NCBI GenBank assembly: GCA_023231475.1
Contig: JALJEE010001112.1
Location: 62,001-83,588 of the forward strand
DNA length: 21,588 nt
Direction: 5' to 3'
Source: Seison nebaliae
Taxonomy: Eukaryota
In this document: positions 1-11,600 of the stretch, piece after piece
Layout of the letters: every line of letters starts with the position of its first letter
How positions within the stretch are numbered: the first letter of the stretch is position 1
The notes under the pieces: generated by a model
Told to the model about the DNA's origin: nothing
Seen by the model: only the letters and a program-made list of their open reading frames with translations
Database searches by the model: none
Made by a program: the position numbers and the translations under genes

Positions 1-2364
1 AGAAGGAGGATTTATTAAATTAAATCTTAAATTATTCATTCGTTAAAATTTGGCGGTTATATGTGGGAGGAATATATCTGTACACAATGTTCATCAGTGT
101 ATTAAACTGAATGGAAAGGAAAGTACAGAAGAAGTAGAATGAATAATTAGTAAAAAGAAAGTCTTTTTTTTCTTCCTCCTGATTGGTAACAGCTATCATC
201 TTAATCATTGAAAGTTGGTTCGAAAAATGTATTTGGAGAAATGTTCTGACGATTGAGGAGAATTAACTTCCACTATACACACATCAACATCAAGCGCTGT
301 TTATGAATGATGATGTGTATAAGTATAATTCTTAGTTTTGATTTTCAGTCAGTTAGTCTCTTGTTGTATAGATGTTACATAATATTTGTTGTTAATGTTT
401 TTGTTGTTGTTGGTTATGTATTAATACATGAACGATCGAATTGAAAATCAAGGTTCTTCATGCGAGTATTTTCTTATTCATTCCTTCCTCCAACGAACAT
501 AGAAATAATGGAAAAAACGAATTTGCTTATTTAATATGTTAATTCACAATTCGTATTTGATTCGTCTGTATTTCATCCAAATTTTACATCGTTCTTATTC
601 AATAATTTTATTTATCATCCTTCTCATTTCATTTACACCTTTATATTCCTCATTCATCTAATAATTCGTTTATATATCCATAAAATGATATCACACTTCT
701 TTTTAAGGTCCCGTTCCTCTTGTTGATTAACGAAGAAATCCGTGCTATGTACACAAAGAATTGGGTAAAGTAAGTGAGTTGGAAGAAGAAAATTAATTTG
801 TAAGAGCAAAAAATTTAACTAGTGAAAACATTGAAATCATTAGAAAATCTTTTTACTTCTCCTCACTCTACAATATCGAACAAATTCTCCTTTTTATGAA
901 AAGTCAAATATTCCTTCTATTCCATAGTTTCATATTCATTAATGTCATCGTGAAGAAGAGAATCTTCCCCTACATCAGAATATTGTTACTTGTAACTTAC
1001 AAGTGACTTCATTGCTATTATTGTTATGTAATCTATCCATTCATTCATTCATCCATCCTATTATACTTTTGTACAGTCAGTAAATTTTATGATGAAACTA
1101 TAATAAATTATATAATTTCATATCACTTACAACATCCACATATCATTCAAACACACATGTCAACAATAAGAAACAATAACATGAGAAACGAAGTCGATAA
1201 CTCCATTTCTTTCTATTTTTCTAACCTTCTCTCCCATCGCAAACTTATCGCATTTCATGTGGCGAGAACAAAAAAGAAAATAGAGGAAAAATCCGTTTTT
1301 ACTTCATTTAATCTATCAAATACAACTATCATTGAACATCGTTAAGATGAAATGACATTCATCTTCCTCAACGTTTGAGAACGTATAACGAAGAATTGAA
1401 TGAGGACGTTTCATTCTTCTTCTTTCCAATTAATTTTTAACGCTTTTCCCAAATCGTCTATCAAATAAATATTATCAATTCACGTATACATCGTTTCTCC
1501 TCATTCTTTCTATCATCCACCGATTAATGAAATAAAGTGAATCGTGAATAAAAAAAAGTTTGATATGTCAGAATTGACGATGATTCATCAACCAAGCTAA
1601 AATTTTTACGAACTACTTATTAATTTACATTTGTTTTTACGAACTTTCTTCTTCATCTGAACGTTGCCCGTTACATGCTAATCAAAAAAATAATGACATC
1701 ATAACATTTCTCAAAAAAGAAAATTGTTAATTTGAAAAATATTTTAGCCGAATGATAATTCATCACTATTTGTTTGGTAGCCAGAAAAATAGGTGGCATA
1801 TCCTGTGAGAATAAAATAAATTTGTCATTAACGAGAACAAATAATCGAAGAGAAATAATTAGGAGATGAATTGATCTAGCAGTTCGATTTTGACGACTGA
1901 TGAATTTCAAGTGTGAGACATTTTTCATGTTTCACTCATCATTCTCACAAAGAAGTCTCACAATATTTCATTTCTTCGTCTATTTCAGTCAGAATGATCT
2001 CTCTTTTTTTTCTTTCTTTCCTGTTTCTTACAACATTGACTGAAATTAATTACTTTACATAATATTATACAAGAGAATTTGAAGGAAGTATTTCTAAACG
2101 ATGTTTGTGATAAGAGAAATAAATCGAGTGACTTGACAAACTGCAGTAGTTCTTCTTTCTCCAAATTGGCTTCCTTAATGTTCTTCTTCAATTACAATTT
2201 TACAGTTCTTCATTATTTTCATAACAATAAACTGTATCGATGAAATAAACTTTCATTTAAATCTTAACTTAATTCCTAATTATTTGCTATGTTTGTTTCC
2301 CTCTTGCGACAATGACATGTAGAATGTTTTCAAGTAACTCTACGAAGTATATGATGTGTTTGAT

Positions 2365-2400
2365 TGTGTGTGCGTGTGTGCGTCTGTGTGTGTGTGTGTG
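2365..2400. repeat. Interrupted (TG)n microsatellite
   Basis: Read directly: tgtgtgtgcgtgtgtgcgtctgtgtgtgtgtgtgtg. Confidence 0.9.
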
Positions 2401-2796
2401 ATGGGAGAAGACATCGAACAAATAATTTTTCCTTTTTCACGTACAACATATTAGAAAAGTTTTATATAAAAAAATTAAAATTTTATTATTTTAATAAATC
2501 TTTATAAGAATTCTCTCATATTGGCAAGTAGTCGAAGGATCTACCTAACTATTACAGCTACTACTACATCATCACCATCATCTTCATCTTTAATATTGTT
2601 ATACAGAAGAAGAAAAATAAATTGACGTGTGAAAAACAAAAGAAAATTTTTTTTTTTTTGAAAGACTTCATTCACTTTCACCTCCCTTCTTATGACACAG
2701 AAAACTATTTTTTTGTATTCTCTTTTTCCTCTTCCCTGATATTTCTGATTGTATTATATGTATATTAAATATGCTCTTCGAGAATATCGCCAATTC

Positions 2797-2825
2797 ACCA
2801 ACAACAACAACTACTACTACTACTA
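2797..2825. repeat. Compound (CAA)n/(CTA)n trinucleotide repeat
   Basis: ccaacaacaacaactactactactactac; explains the poly-Val run in the minus-strand ORF 2668-2892. Confidence 0.8.
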
Positions 2826-5693
2826 CACAACAACTGAGGATTGTGATGTTAAGTATTAGGTCGCATTTCGGAAATGTAGAATTCGGGAACATTTTCTTCT
2901 TCCTTTCTTCTTCGTGTAATTAAGGAATAATATGGAATTTTTGGTGATAATATGCACCAATAAATCATTTAATTCGTCTCTTAGATTCTCGAATGGTTGA
3001 ATTATTCTGATAAAAAATTCAGGTAAGACGTTGCCATGGTAATGATTTAATTTGATATTCATATCCATTAAGATATTTCTTTAATTACTTCAGGTCCTCG
3101 CGCGAAGACATTAAGTCATTTTTTCGAAAAATAAACGAAAAATTCTTTTCAAGTGATTTTATTGGAAAAGTTTCTATTCGAATTTAATAAGACGGAAAAT
3201 TTTTTAATAATGTTTTATTATGATTTCATAAATTTTCGAGTATGTTAAGCTACTTGTTTATGATCATTTTGAATGGCGATTATTCTTAATAAATATTTAA
3301 TAAGTCATTGGGTCTTAAGCCTATTCGGAAATTGCCTTTAGATAATTTATTTGTATTCTTAATCATTATTCAACATTTCTTGATAAATTGTTATTGATAT
3401 CTGTCGATGAACTACAAACCAGAAGTTTGACGTCATAAAATGACAATTTCATTTGAGAATTTATGGTATCTGCTACCGATCACTTTCTATGGATATTTGA
3501 ACAATAATTTTAATAATATATATACAGTATAATAATATAAATAAAATAAATTATTTATATTAATAATTTTAAATAAATTCCATAATTATTTAATAATATT
3601 GTTATTGAAAAAAATGTTGAAAATTTATGTTTTTTTCTAATGTAATTAAAAATTTATGGGTTATTGCAATAGGAAAATATTTAATTGTTTGAAAGAAGTA
3701 AATTTGTGCTGTACTGGCCGAGAGAAGAGTGTGCGTGCACATGTACCAAATATGTTCATTTATTTATAATGCTCCGAAGGAAATACAATGTAACACATAT
3801 ATGTAGTAGTTCATATGTGAAATCGTGTATGTTAGTACGATCTGTTGCTTTCCATCTGAGAGATGGGGGACGAGTCCGCACAGATCAATCTCATTGGTAG
3901 TAGTAAAAAAACTACCGAATAAATAAATAAATATAAATTTATCGAATGTATAATGGAATGGTAACAAGAGAAGAAAGGAACATGATAATTGTACATGATA
4001 GTTGTATGTCATAAATAATGAGAACATTCAGACGTGCAGACAGCATTCGTTTGTGCACAGTATTCCACACATGCATTGTAGAGAATATTAATAACATTGA
4101 AAATTAAATGTTACACCATCTTATATTATTCGATCGATAAAGATTCATTTCGTTCTATAAAACAATTTCTTTCTTTTCCTTTTCTTCGGTTTCTCCTCTC
4201 AACCTCTCCCCGCCACTCATCTCTCGACATATCGAACACAATTGCATGTGGTTCCTCACTACTAATGTTATATATGACGAGAATGATGATAATGATGATG
4301 ATAGTGGTAGTATTGTGTAGAATATGCATGAGAAATAATTTTAAATAGAGAGAATAGATAAAGGGAGAAAATCGATATTAACAATGATACTTCAATAATC
4401 TAAACCATTCGTATAATCCTTTTTCTCATTATAATTGTAGTGAAGCGATGGAACATTTATAATAAAGACAAATTCCCAACAACCAATATTAAGAAGGAAC
4501 TACCAATTATTTACAGGTCAATTCAACATCATTTCTCTAAACCGATGCTCTCAACCAACTTCTTCTTTCTCATAAATCTTAAAAAATTTCCCTAATCATT
4601 TTCATTACATTTGTGAGAGTCATAATTCATAGGAAAATATTTCGGTAAGTCGAATGAATAAACAGCGCAGCTTTTCCATATTGAAGTAATTTCACCATCA
4701 TCGCCATACGCACATATGGTGTAAACTGCGGAATGATGGATGGACTAATAGATTTTGTTGTTGAGTCTATCGAACTAGCTAGAGACAGTCAGCTACCGTA
4801 AAATTTGAGTACGTTCCTTCTATTTTAGTAAATAAACAAATATCAATCACGATAGAGCTTAATAAAAATGAGTATTCATCGACAGTTATTTTGTTTATTA
4901 GAACTTTTTAATGAATCTAATCCACTTCCATCTACCACACCACTTCCATTCGCCATGATCGTTGAAGAGGTTTTTTCATCGATTTAATAAACTTATAAAT
5001 TTTATTCGTCTACAATTTTATGTAAAATATATGTAATCGGAATAATGTTGGGTAAAATTACGGGCGATTAACACCATGTGCAGATGTGACCACTTCCGTT
5101 TAATAACTCTACTAACTCATTCGATTTCTACTGATAATAACTCCAACAATCATTTGAATCGTGCATATCAAACGAAATCGAATCAAATGTCTATATAGTG
5201 AACGTAACGCAAAATTATTCCTTCTCAATACACTTCTCCAAATCGGTCGTAGTTCGATCGTTATTTGAAAGGAGCGTAAATTTATTTATGGCCATGTTTC
5301 CATTAAGCTGACTATGATGTAGGGTTAATTAATAAGCAACAACATATGGAGGAAATTTTGATATTTGCAGAATATTCTTCCAAGGCTCATTCATTATGAA
5401 AACTATTGATTGAACTTCAATAATTCTCCTGATATCTTAACAAACAACTCGACGACTACTCCGGAGACTACCAACTTTTTCTTCGTTGATTTTATATGAT
5501 CAATTCATTGTTGGAGTTGATGAATTATCAGAGTAATGATGCATAATTATAAAACTATTACAATTTCTCCTTCCTATTTTTTTTTATCATCGTAAAACAT
5601 TTGCTTCATCTTATGTAACAACATTGTTTGATGGACATCGATTTATTAAGTTCCTCTTTCTTTTTTTCATAGTAACAAGAAAAAGTCGAAGAG

Positions 5694-5717
5694 GATGATG
5701 ATGATGATGATGATGAT
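5694..5717. repeat. (GAT)8 microsatellite
   Basis: Eight perfect GAT units; source of the poly-Ser run in ORF 5606-5818. Confidence 0.9.
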
Positions 5718-6966
5718 GTGGAGGGACAATGATGAGAATTGGAGAGGAGACAATTGGTGGCAATACTAGTTTTTGATGGGGAGGGGGGACATAACAATAA
5801 AGTAGTCGATGTTTTCATTTGTCTAATGTAATTTCATTTGCATAAATGATTATTTTATTAGAATAAATTGATGGATGACCTTCACTAATTTCATGTATAT
5901 TTAAGTCAATTCTATTTTATAAAATCATAGATTTATGGTCGATTCTCCAAATGAGACTGACTGAATGAATGAACGATTATAATTGCTCTCCAGTAAATGT
6001 ATTTAATTTTCTGAAGAAGTTTCTGCATTCCCAACTCCATTCTCTTCAAAGGTCGTCATCATATACATCAGAGATGCAATCTGATTCAAACATTTCTACA
6101 CGTACAAGCACATACGTCAACTGGAAGCACGTACTACAAGGTATTCTCGACTCTCGTTTTTTTTTGAGGGATCATGAGACACATACAACATCTTCTAACT
6201 GGACCTCTATATAGTTAAACTGGGAAATTTATTGATGTTTAGCAATCTTTATTTGAAAAAAAATAAAGAATAATTTTGTTTTAAAAAAAAAATAAAAAAT
6301 AATAATTATTTTTAAAAAGAAATAAAAACGAATAATTCTTTCTTTTTTTTTAAAAAGAAATTCTTGTTTTTTCTTTGATATATAATTACGTAATTCGATA
6401 TCAATTCTCTATTTGTAGTTGAATTTGTGTATTCTCTTTCTCCTTTCTCATTCTTCTTCGTCTTCATTACTCTTACATGATCATTCGTACAGCATAATGG
6501 AAGTGCTACTGCTGCAGTGGCCGCTGTTGATTGAAATGAATGTGCGTACTTATGTAAATATACAAGGGAAATAAAGAGAATTGCTTCCATCATATTCTTT
6601 TCATTTCCTTTCCTTTCATTTCATTATTAATTAATTACATATATATATCTCAATTCATTTCCATTATGCAAATTTTATAGTGCTATAGCTATTGGCTTAT
6701 GGAATTTTATTTGTTTTTATGTAGCACCAAGAGAGGTTATCCCTCCTACTTCCTAAATACTTTCTATACGAGCACATTCTAGAATAGAGGTTAGACATTT
6801 ATATAACTTCGTGTCATATATGCTAATATTTCTATATGTATCCAGGAAATATTCGATGAGTATTTTCCACATATACATCAATGTCGATCTACGTCTTTTC
6901 AGTCATCGTTTCTTATGTAATATTATATTATTTTTATTTATTTATATAATATGAACTGTGAAATAA

Positions 6967-6988
<22 letters not shown>
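6967..6988. repeat. (AT)11 microsatellite
   Basis: Perfect AT dinucleotide run. Confidence 0.9.
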
Positions 6989-6997
<9 letters not shown>

Positions 6998-8289
6998 ATT
7001 TATAGTGTTGATGGATAGCAGTAACATTCAATGTTACTTGTTACACTAGAATCATTCTCTTTCTTTCTTTGAAACGAACTAATATTCCATGGAACGACAT
7101 TCTTCCTCGTTCTTTTTTCTTCCTAACATATTCTGTCGTTCTTTTAATAAAATTTTATTTTCAAATATTTATTCTTCCCGTTTATACTTCGAAGAGACTA
7201 GTCGTCTGATATCCCTTCTTTTCTTTTTCCAAATGGAAAGTCAGATGATTACCTTACACAAAGCTAACCAATCATCGAAATGTTGGAACAAGAAACGATT
7301 TTTTTAAAGAATTTTCCAAGAGTCTCCTCAACTTTTTATCTGTAAGAAGTAAAACGTGTTACGAAACTTCGTTGATAGCGTGAGTGACCTTGTCTTCATT
7401 ATTATGTAATGTTATAAGGAGAACTTTCGATAATAAATGAAATTCCTTCATAATTTCAGTTTAAATTATATTTTCATGTGAAAAAGGAAATGGAGTTCAT
7501 CTTTCCATTTTTTGCCAATGACTCAAAACGAATCAATCATTCTCCGTTCTCAAACTCAAATCGTTGTCGATAGAGAAAGAATTGATAAAACGAATGATAA
7601 AATGTAATCTGATTAGGAAGAATTTATAAATAAAATTCTCGGGGTCTTCTCTCTCGCTCTCTCGCTCTCTCACCCGCGCATTCGAGAAGAAAGCGAAGAC
7701 CGTTTACAATTCACTAACGAACTCTAACTATTTTAATGAGTCCACTCAGATCATGAAGTTAATGTGTCATAGTACAGATGGATTATCAGTAGACACTGGA
7801 ATTTGAGACGGAACATATTATGAGAGGAAGAGGAACCGTTTCAATATCATTCGACCATGTTCATTGAGATTTGGACATTTAGTTTGTTGTCGTCGAAAGT
7901 AATTTGAACGTTCCAACTCGTCAAGTGATGGAGTTAATGAAAATTGAGAAGTTTTGATGGATAAACTTATCAATTGTCATTAATAATCAATTTAATTCAT
8001 TTATTGTAGTTATTTATTGGGTATCTCGATTCATTCCTATCGATGTGATTATTATGAATATTATTCTCCTTATTATCATTATCATCGTCATCATCATCAT
8101 TTCATATTGTATATGATGAACGTTGTCGTCATCACCATTCTAATCAACATATCATTGTTGGTAACATCAACATAATATTTTTATCATTCATTTTCACTTT
8201 TTTCCCTTTCTTATTTTTCTTCATTTCATGTTCAATGTTTGCTTTCCGCTTCATTCTTTCTCCATTGCTAATGTGCGATTAAATAAACT

Positions 8290-8447
8290 TGATCGCATGA
8301 GGAAGTTGGAGAGCCGTTGCCTCATTATGCAAGGTCATCCAGTGACATAGGCAGATGCAACGACACATCGCCTAAGAGGAAGTTGTAGCGCCACTGACTT
8401 GTTACTCGTTTCGACATCGTCCTCCCAAACAATTCCAACTGGTGAGT
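8290..8447 (+). promoter_or_regulatory. Candidate promoter or 5' non-coding exon of the NCS gene
   Basis: Locally GC-richer island 270-420 bp upstream of the ATG at 8712. GAGGAAGTTG occurs twice (8299-8308, 8376-8385), with TTATGCAA (8325), CAAGGTCA and CAGATG, and it ends in a donor-like G|GTGAGT (8442). Function is inferred from position only. Confidence 0.3.
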
Positions 8448-8711
8448 TGTATACTCATACTACTTACCTCGAACCGTTTTCTGATCATGACCAATTCTCT
8501 TTTCTTTATCATCAGTTAATGGTGTTTAATGTTCATCGTGTTTCTTGTCGGCCAATGAACGATGTCAATCTAATTATTTGATCAGATATCATCTTCCTTC
8601 CTGACAAACGGAACTAATGTAAATTTTTTATAGTTTTATCTTTGTCCAAATATCTTATTAATAGACTAGATTATAAAATTATTTCCTTTTTCAACTTCAT
8701 TTGATTCGAAA

Positions 8712-9557
8712 ATGGGTTGTGGAAAATCGAAGAAATTAGCTCCATCCCTAACGGAAGAACAAATTAAATTTTTACAAGATAACACACATTTCAAAGAATC
8801 CCAAATTAAGGATTGGTACCAAGGCTTTTTGGTTCGTTACACTTTTTTTCCCCTTTCAACAAAACCCTTTCTTTTGTAAATATAATTTTATTTTTCGAAT
8901 TGAATAGGCAGAATCTCCAGATGGTTTATTGAGCAAAAAGCTTTTCATCAAGTCATATCGTCAATTTTATCCAAACAGCAAAAAACCTGAAAAATTCTGC
9001 AGTCTTGTCTTCAATGCTTTCGATCAAAATCACAGTGGCAAAATAGGTTAATTTGACTTAATCCACTTTTTTCAAATAATTAACGATTTGTTAATGATTT
9101 GATAGAATTTCAAGAATTTCTTCTCGGAATCTCTATTAATCAGAAAGGAAGTATGAATGATAAATTGAGTTGGGCATACAATCTTTATGACGAGAAGAAG
9201 AATGGTAAGGTAACGAAGAAGGAGATGTTAAAAGCAATAACCGTTTGATCGAATTTGATCTTCTTTTCCCTCATTCTATTCATCGTGTAGGCTATCTACG
9301 ATCTCATGGGAGAAAAACATAGAAAAGGAGAACATCATCCAAAGAATAAAGTGGATCACATATTCTCATTGATCGATTTCGATGGTGATGGTATCATCTC
9401 GAAAGAAGAATTCGTCAAGGGTTGTCTCCAGTACACGAATTTGAGAAAAGTGTTGGCGAATATTGGAGATGCGGATGCGGACGAAGCGACCACAGATGAA
9501 AAAACCGAGTCAACAATAAAAGTAAATGAAGGCGCCGTTACCGTTTCGGTGGAGTAA
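8712..9557 (+). CDS. Neuronal calcium sensor family EF-hand protein (NCS-1/neurocalcin/hippocalcin-like), 220 aa; exons 8712-8831, 8908-9046, 9106-9242, 9291-9557
   Basis: Spliced translation MGCGKSKKLAPSLTEEQIKFLQDNTHFKESQIKDWYQGFL|AESPDGLLSKKLFIKSYRQFYP...FNAFDQNHSGKI|EFQEFL...KLSWAYNLYDEKKNGKVTKKEMLKAIT|AIYDLMG...VDHIFSLIDFDGDGIISKEEFVKGC. It carries NCS hallmarks (myristoylation start, THF, WYxGFL, KLxWAYxLYD, AIYxLMG). Three GT-AG introns of 76, 59 and 48 nt keep the frame; the stop is TAA 9555-9557. Confidence 0.95.
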
Positions 9558-10167
9558 GGAATGGTTGCTCATCCATCATTCACCATTATTTAAACTTATT
9601 ATAATTTTAATGAACATAAAAAATTGTTTGGAAAAAGTTGATTGACTGAATGATTGCCTCTTGAATAAAATGATGCGAATTGATAGATGATAATAATAAT
9701 AATAATAATTCTAATAATAATAACAATATCGACTCTTATATTCTCGAATTTGTACTATATATCGTCATATAATATCGATTGGAATATATTTTTCGAATTG
9801 AATGATGAAGGATATGTGGGTCGATCATCTCAGCGCTAACATTATTGAGAGCGGAGTGGTGAAAGTAAAACTTTCCTGAACATAAGAATGCAAGATCCTC
9901 TTCTTCATCTTCTTCAAATTATAAACGATTGAAATTGTTCTTCTCAATTTTACTACTTTTTATTTTTGAACGATTTAAATTCAATCTCTCTTATCCTTTC
10001 TCATGTTCCACACACATTGTAATCACATCATATTTCATCAATTTGTTTTATTTTATTTTTGAAAATAATTTTATTGTTCCAAATTTGATTCATCTCAATT
10101 CTTCATATGGTTCTCCTCCTCCATTCTCCTTCTTCATCCAACCACTGAAACGTTCAAACACTCATTC

Positions 10168-10198
10168 GCACACACACACACACAAACACACACATACA
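10168..10198. repeat. Interrupted (CA)n microsatellite
   Basis: cacacacacacacaaacacacacatacac; gives the HTHTH run in ORF 9929-10231. Confidence 0.85.
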
Positions 10199-11600
10199 CC
10201 TCCATACAACAATCCGTTCGTGAACATTTAACTCTTCACTCATAATTCTTCTCCTCTTCATCCTATCTCGTGAACTAATCAGACGTCTGCTAAAATAACG
10301 AAGAAAATCTTAACATAATAATTGTCTTTCCATCTCCTTTCCTACAAAATCATCATCCACATCATTCACATCATCTCCAATCTTGCAATCAAGCCGATGA
10401 CTAAAGAAAATATTTTCGATACGTAAAAAAATTAATTTCGCTGCTTATCACAATTAGGAACACAGCTGCTTAAATCGTTTAACTTCGAAAGATTTTTGTT
10501 AGTGAAGTAAAAGCAGCATTCCAATTCGTCAGAAGTTTTTATTATTTCTTCCGCTTCCTCTTGAACATATCATTGTCCATCGACGCCAACAAACGTCCTC
10601 ACATGAATGAGTTACGCGATAACAACTCATAGATTAGAGATATCACAATTTTTTTATCGTCATCATCAAATTATATTATTATCTTAATTTATTCTATCCA
10701 TTATCATCACCATTATTATCGATTAATTAATCAATAATTGCAAATAATCATCCAATCCCATTCATCGTCAATGCGACAAACAAAAAGAACAATAATAATA
10801 ATAATGTGATTTTATAATAAGAAGAGTGATAATAATGAATAATATTATAATTAACAATAATGTCAATCAGATAATCAATAAATCGATCAGAAAACAGACA
10901 ATTTCCAAACAGAAATCTTCCTCATCAACTTTTAATGAGATTCATCATCAATTTATTTATTGTCAACTACACATTCTTATCTTGATATATATATATATAT
11001 TTCCATGTATATATCGATACATTCTTTCTTGCACAAAATCCTACACTAAAAATCACACACATACACACACCACGCGCCCAGTCTCTTTCTCTCTTACAGA
11101 AATTATATCGATTTTATCTAAAATAACAATCCGAATTATCTTTTTCGCATATTAATAATAATATAAGTACATATAAATATATTTCATTCTCATCGCTTTA
11201 TCTAATTCATCTGACGTTTCCATTGCATTTCAATTTAATTCAACTTTATGTCCTTCTCATCTTCATGTTCAAACCGCCTTATTTCTATCTCTATAAAATT
11301 TATTATTTTATAAATTTTTTTGCGGACAACCACATTTCTACTTATCTAATAATATATCTCTTCTATTCTCTTCTAATGCGGAGAAACTGCATGATATCTT
11401 CATCAAACAGTTCGACATATCGATATTGGACATTCAATAATTTGTTGCGACGTTAATAAAAATTTATTAATATTAAATAGGAATATCGAAACTGAAGAAT
11501 TTGGTAGAATTTTAAATTTTATTTGAAAATGAAAACTTTAGTCGATAAGAAAACTTTTAGGGAAGAAAAATGTACTGAAACAAAAAACTACCTAGATATT

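Noticed and set aside
708..769. Possible isolated exon (TTTTAAG|GTC...GTAAGT; VPFLLLINEEIRAMYTKNW)
   Set aside because: Too short, with no partner exon or homology; such sites arise by chance.
2880..3300. Chain of possible small plus-strand exons around an intron-like 3023-3093 segment (ILEWLNYSDKKFR|SSREDIKSFFRK...)
   Set aside because: No start codon or recognisable motif, early stops, and mostly GTA donors unlike the confirmed introns; needs RNA-seq.
7643..7701. GGTCTTC...GAAGACC hairpin as a possible ncRNA
   Set aside because: Only a 7-bp closing stem; the inner pairing is between low-complexity CT and GA runs with many mismatches.
1157..8581. Short 60-93 aa ORFs in the left region, including 5969-6214
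   Set aside because: Low-complexity F/I/K/S or microsatellite-derived translations with no recognisable domain.
9929..11456. ORFs 9929-10231, 10826-11155 and 11223-11456
   Set aside because: Non-ATG starts and AT-rich repeat-driven composition; likely 3' UTR or intergenic DNA between convergent genes.
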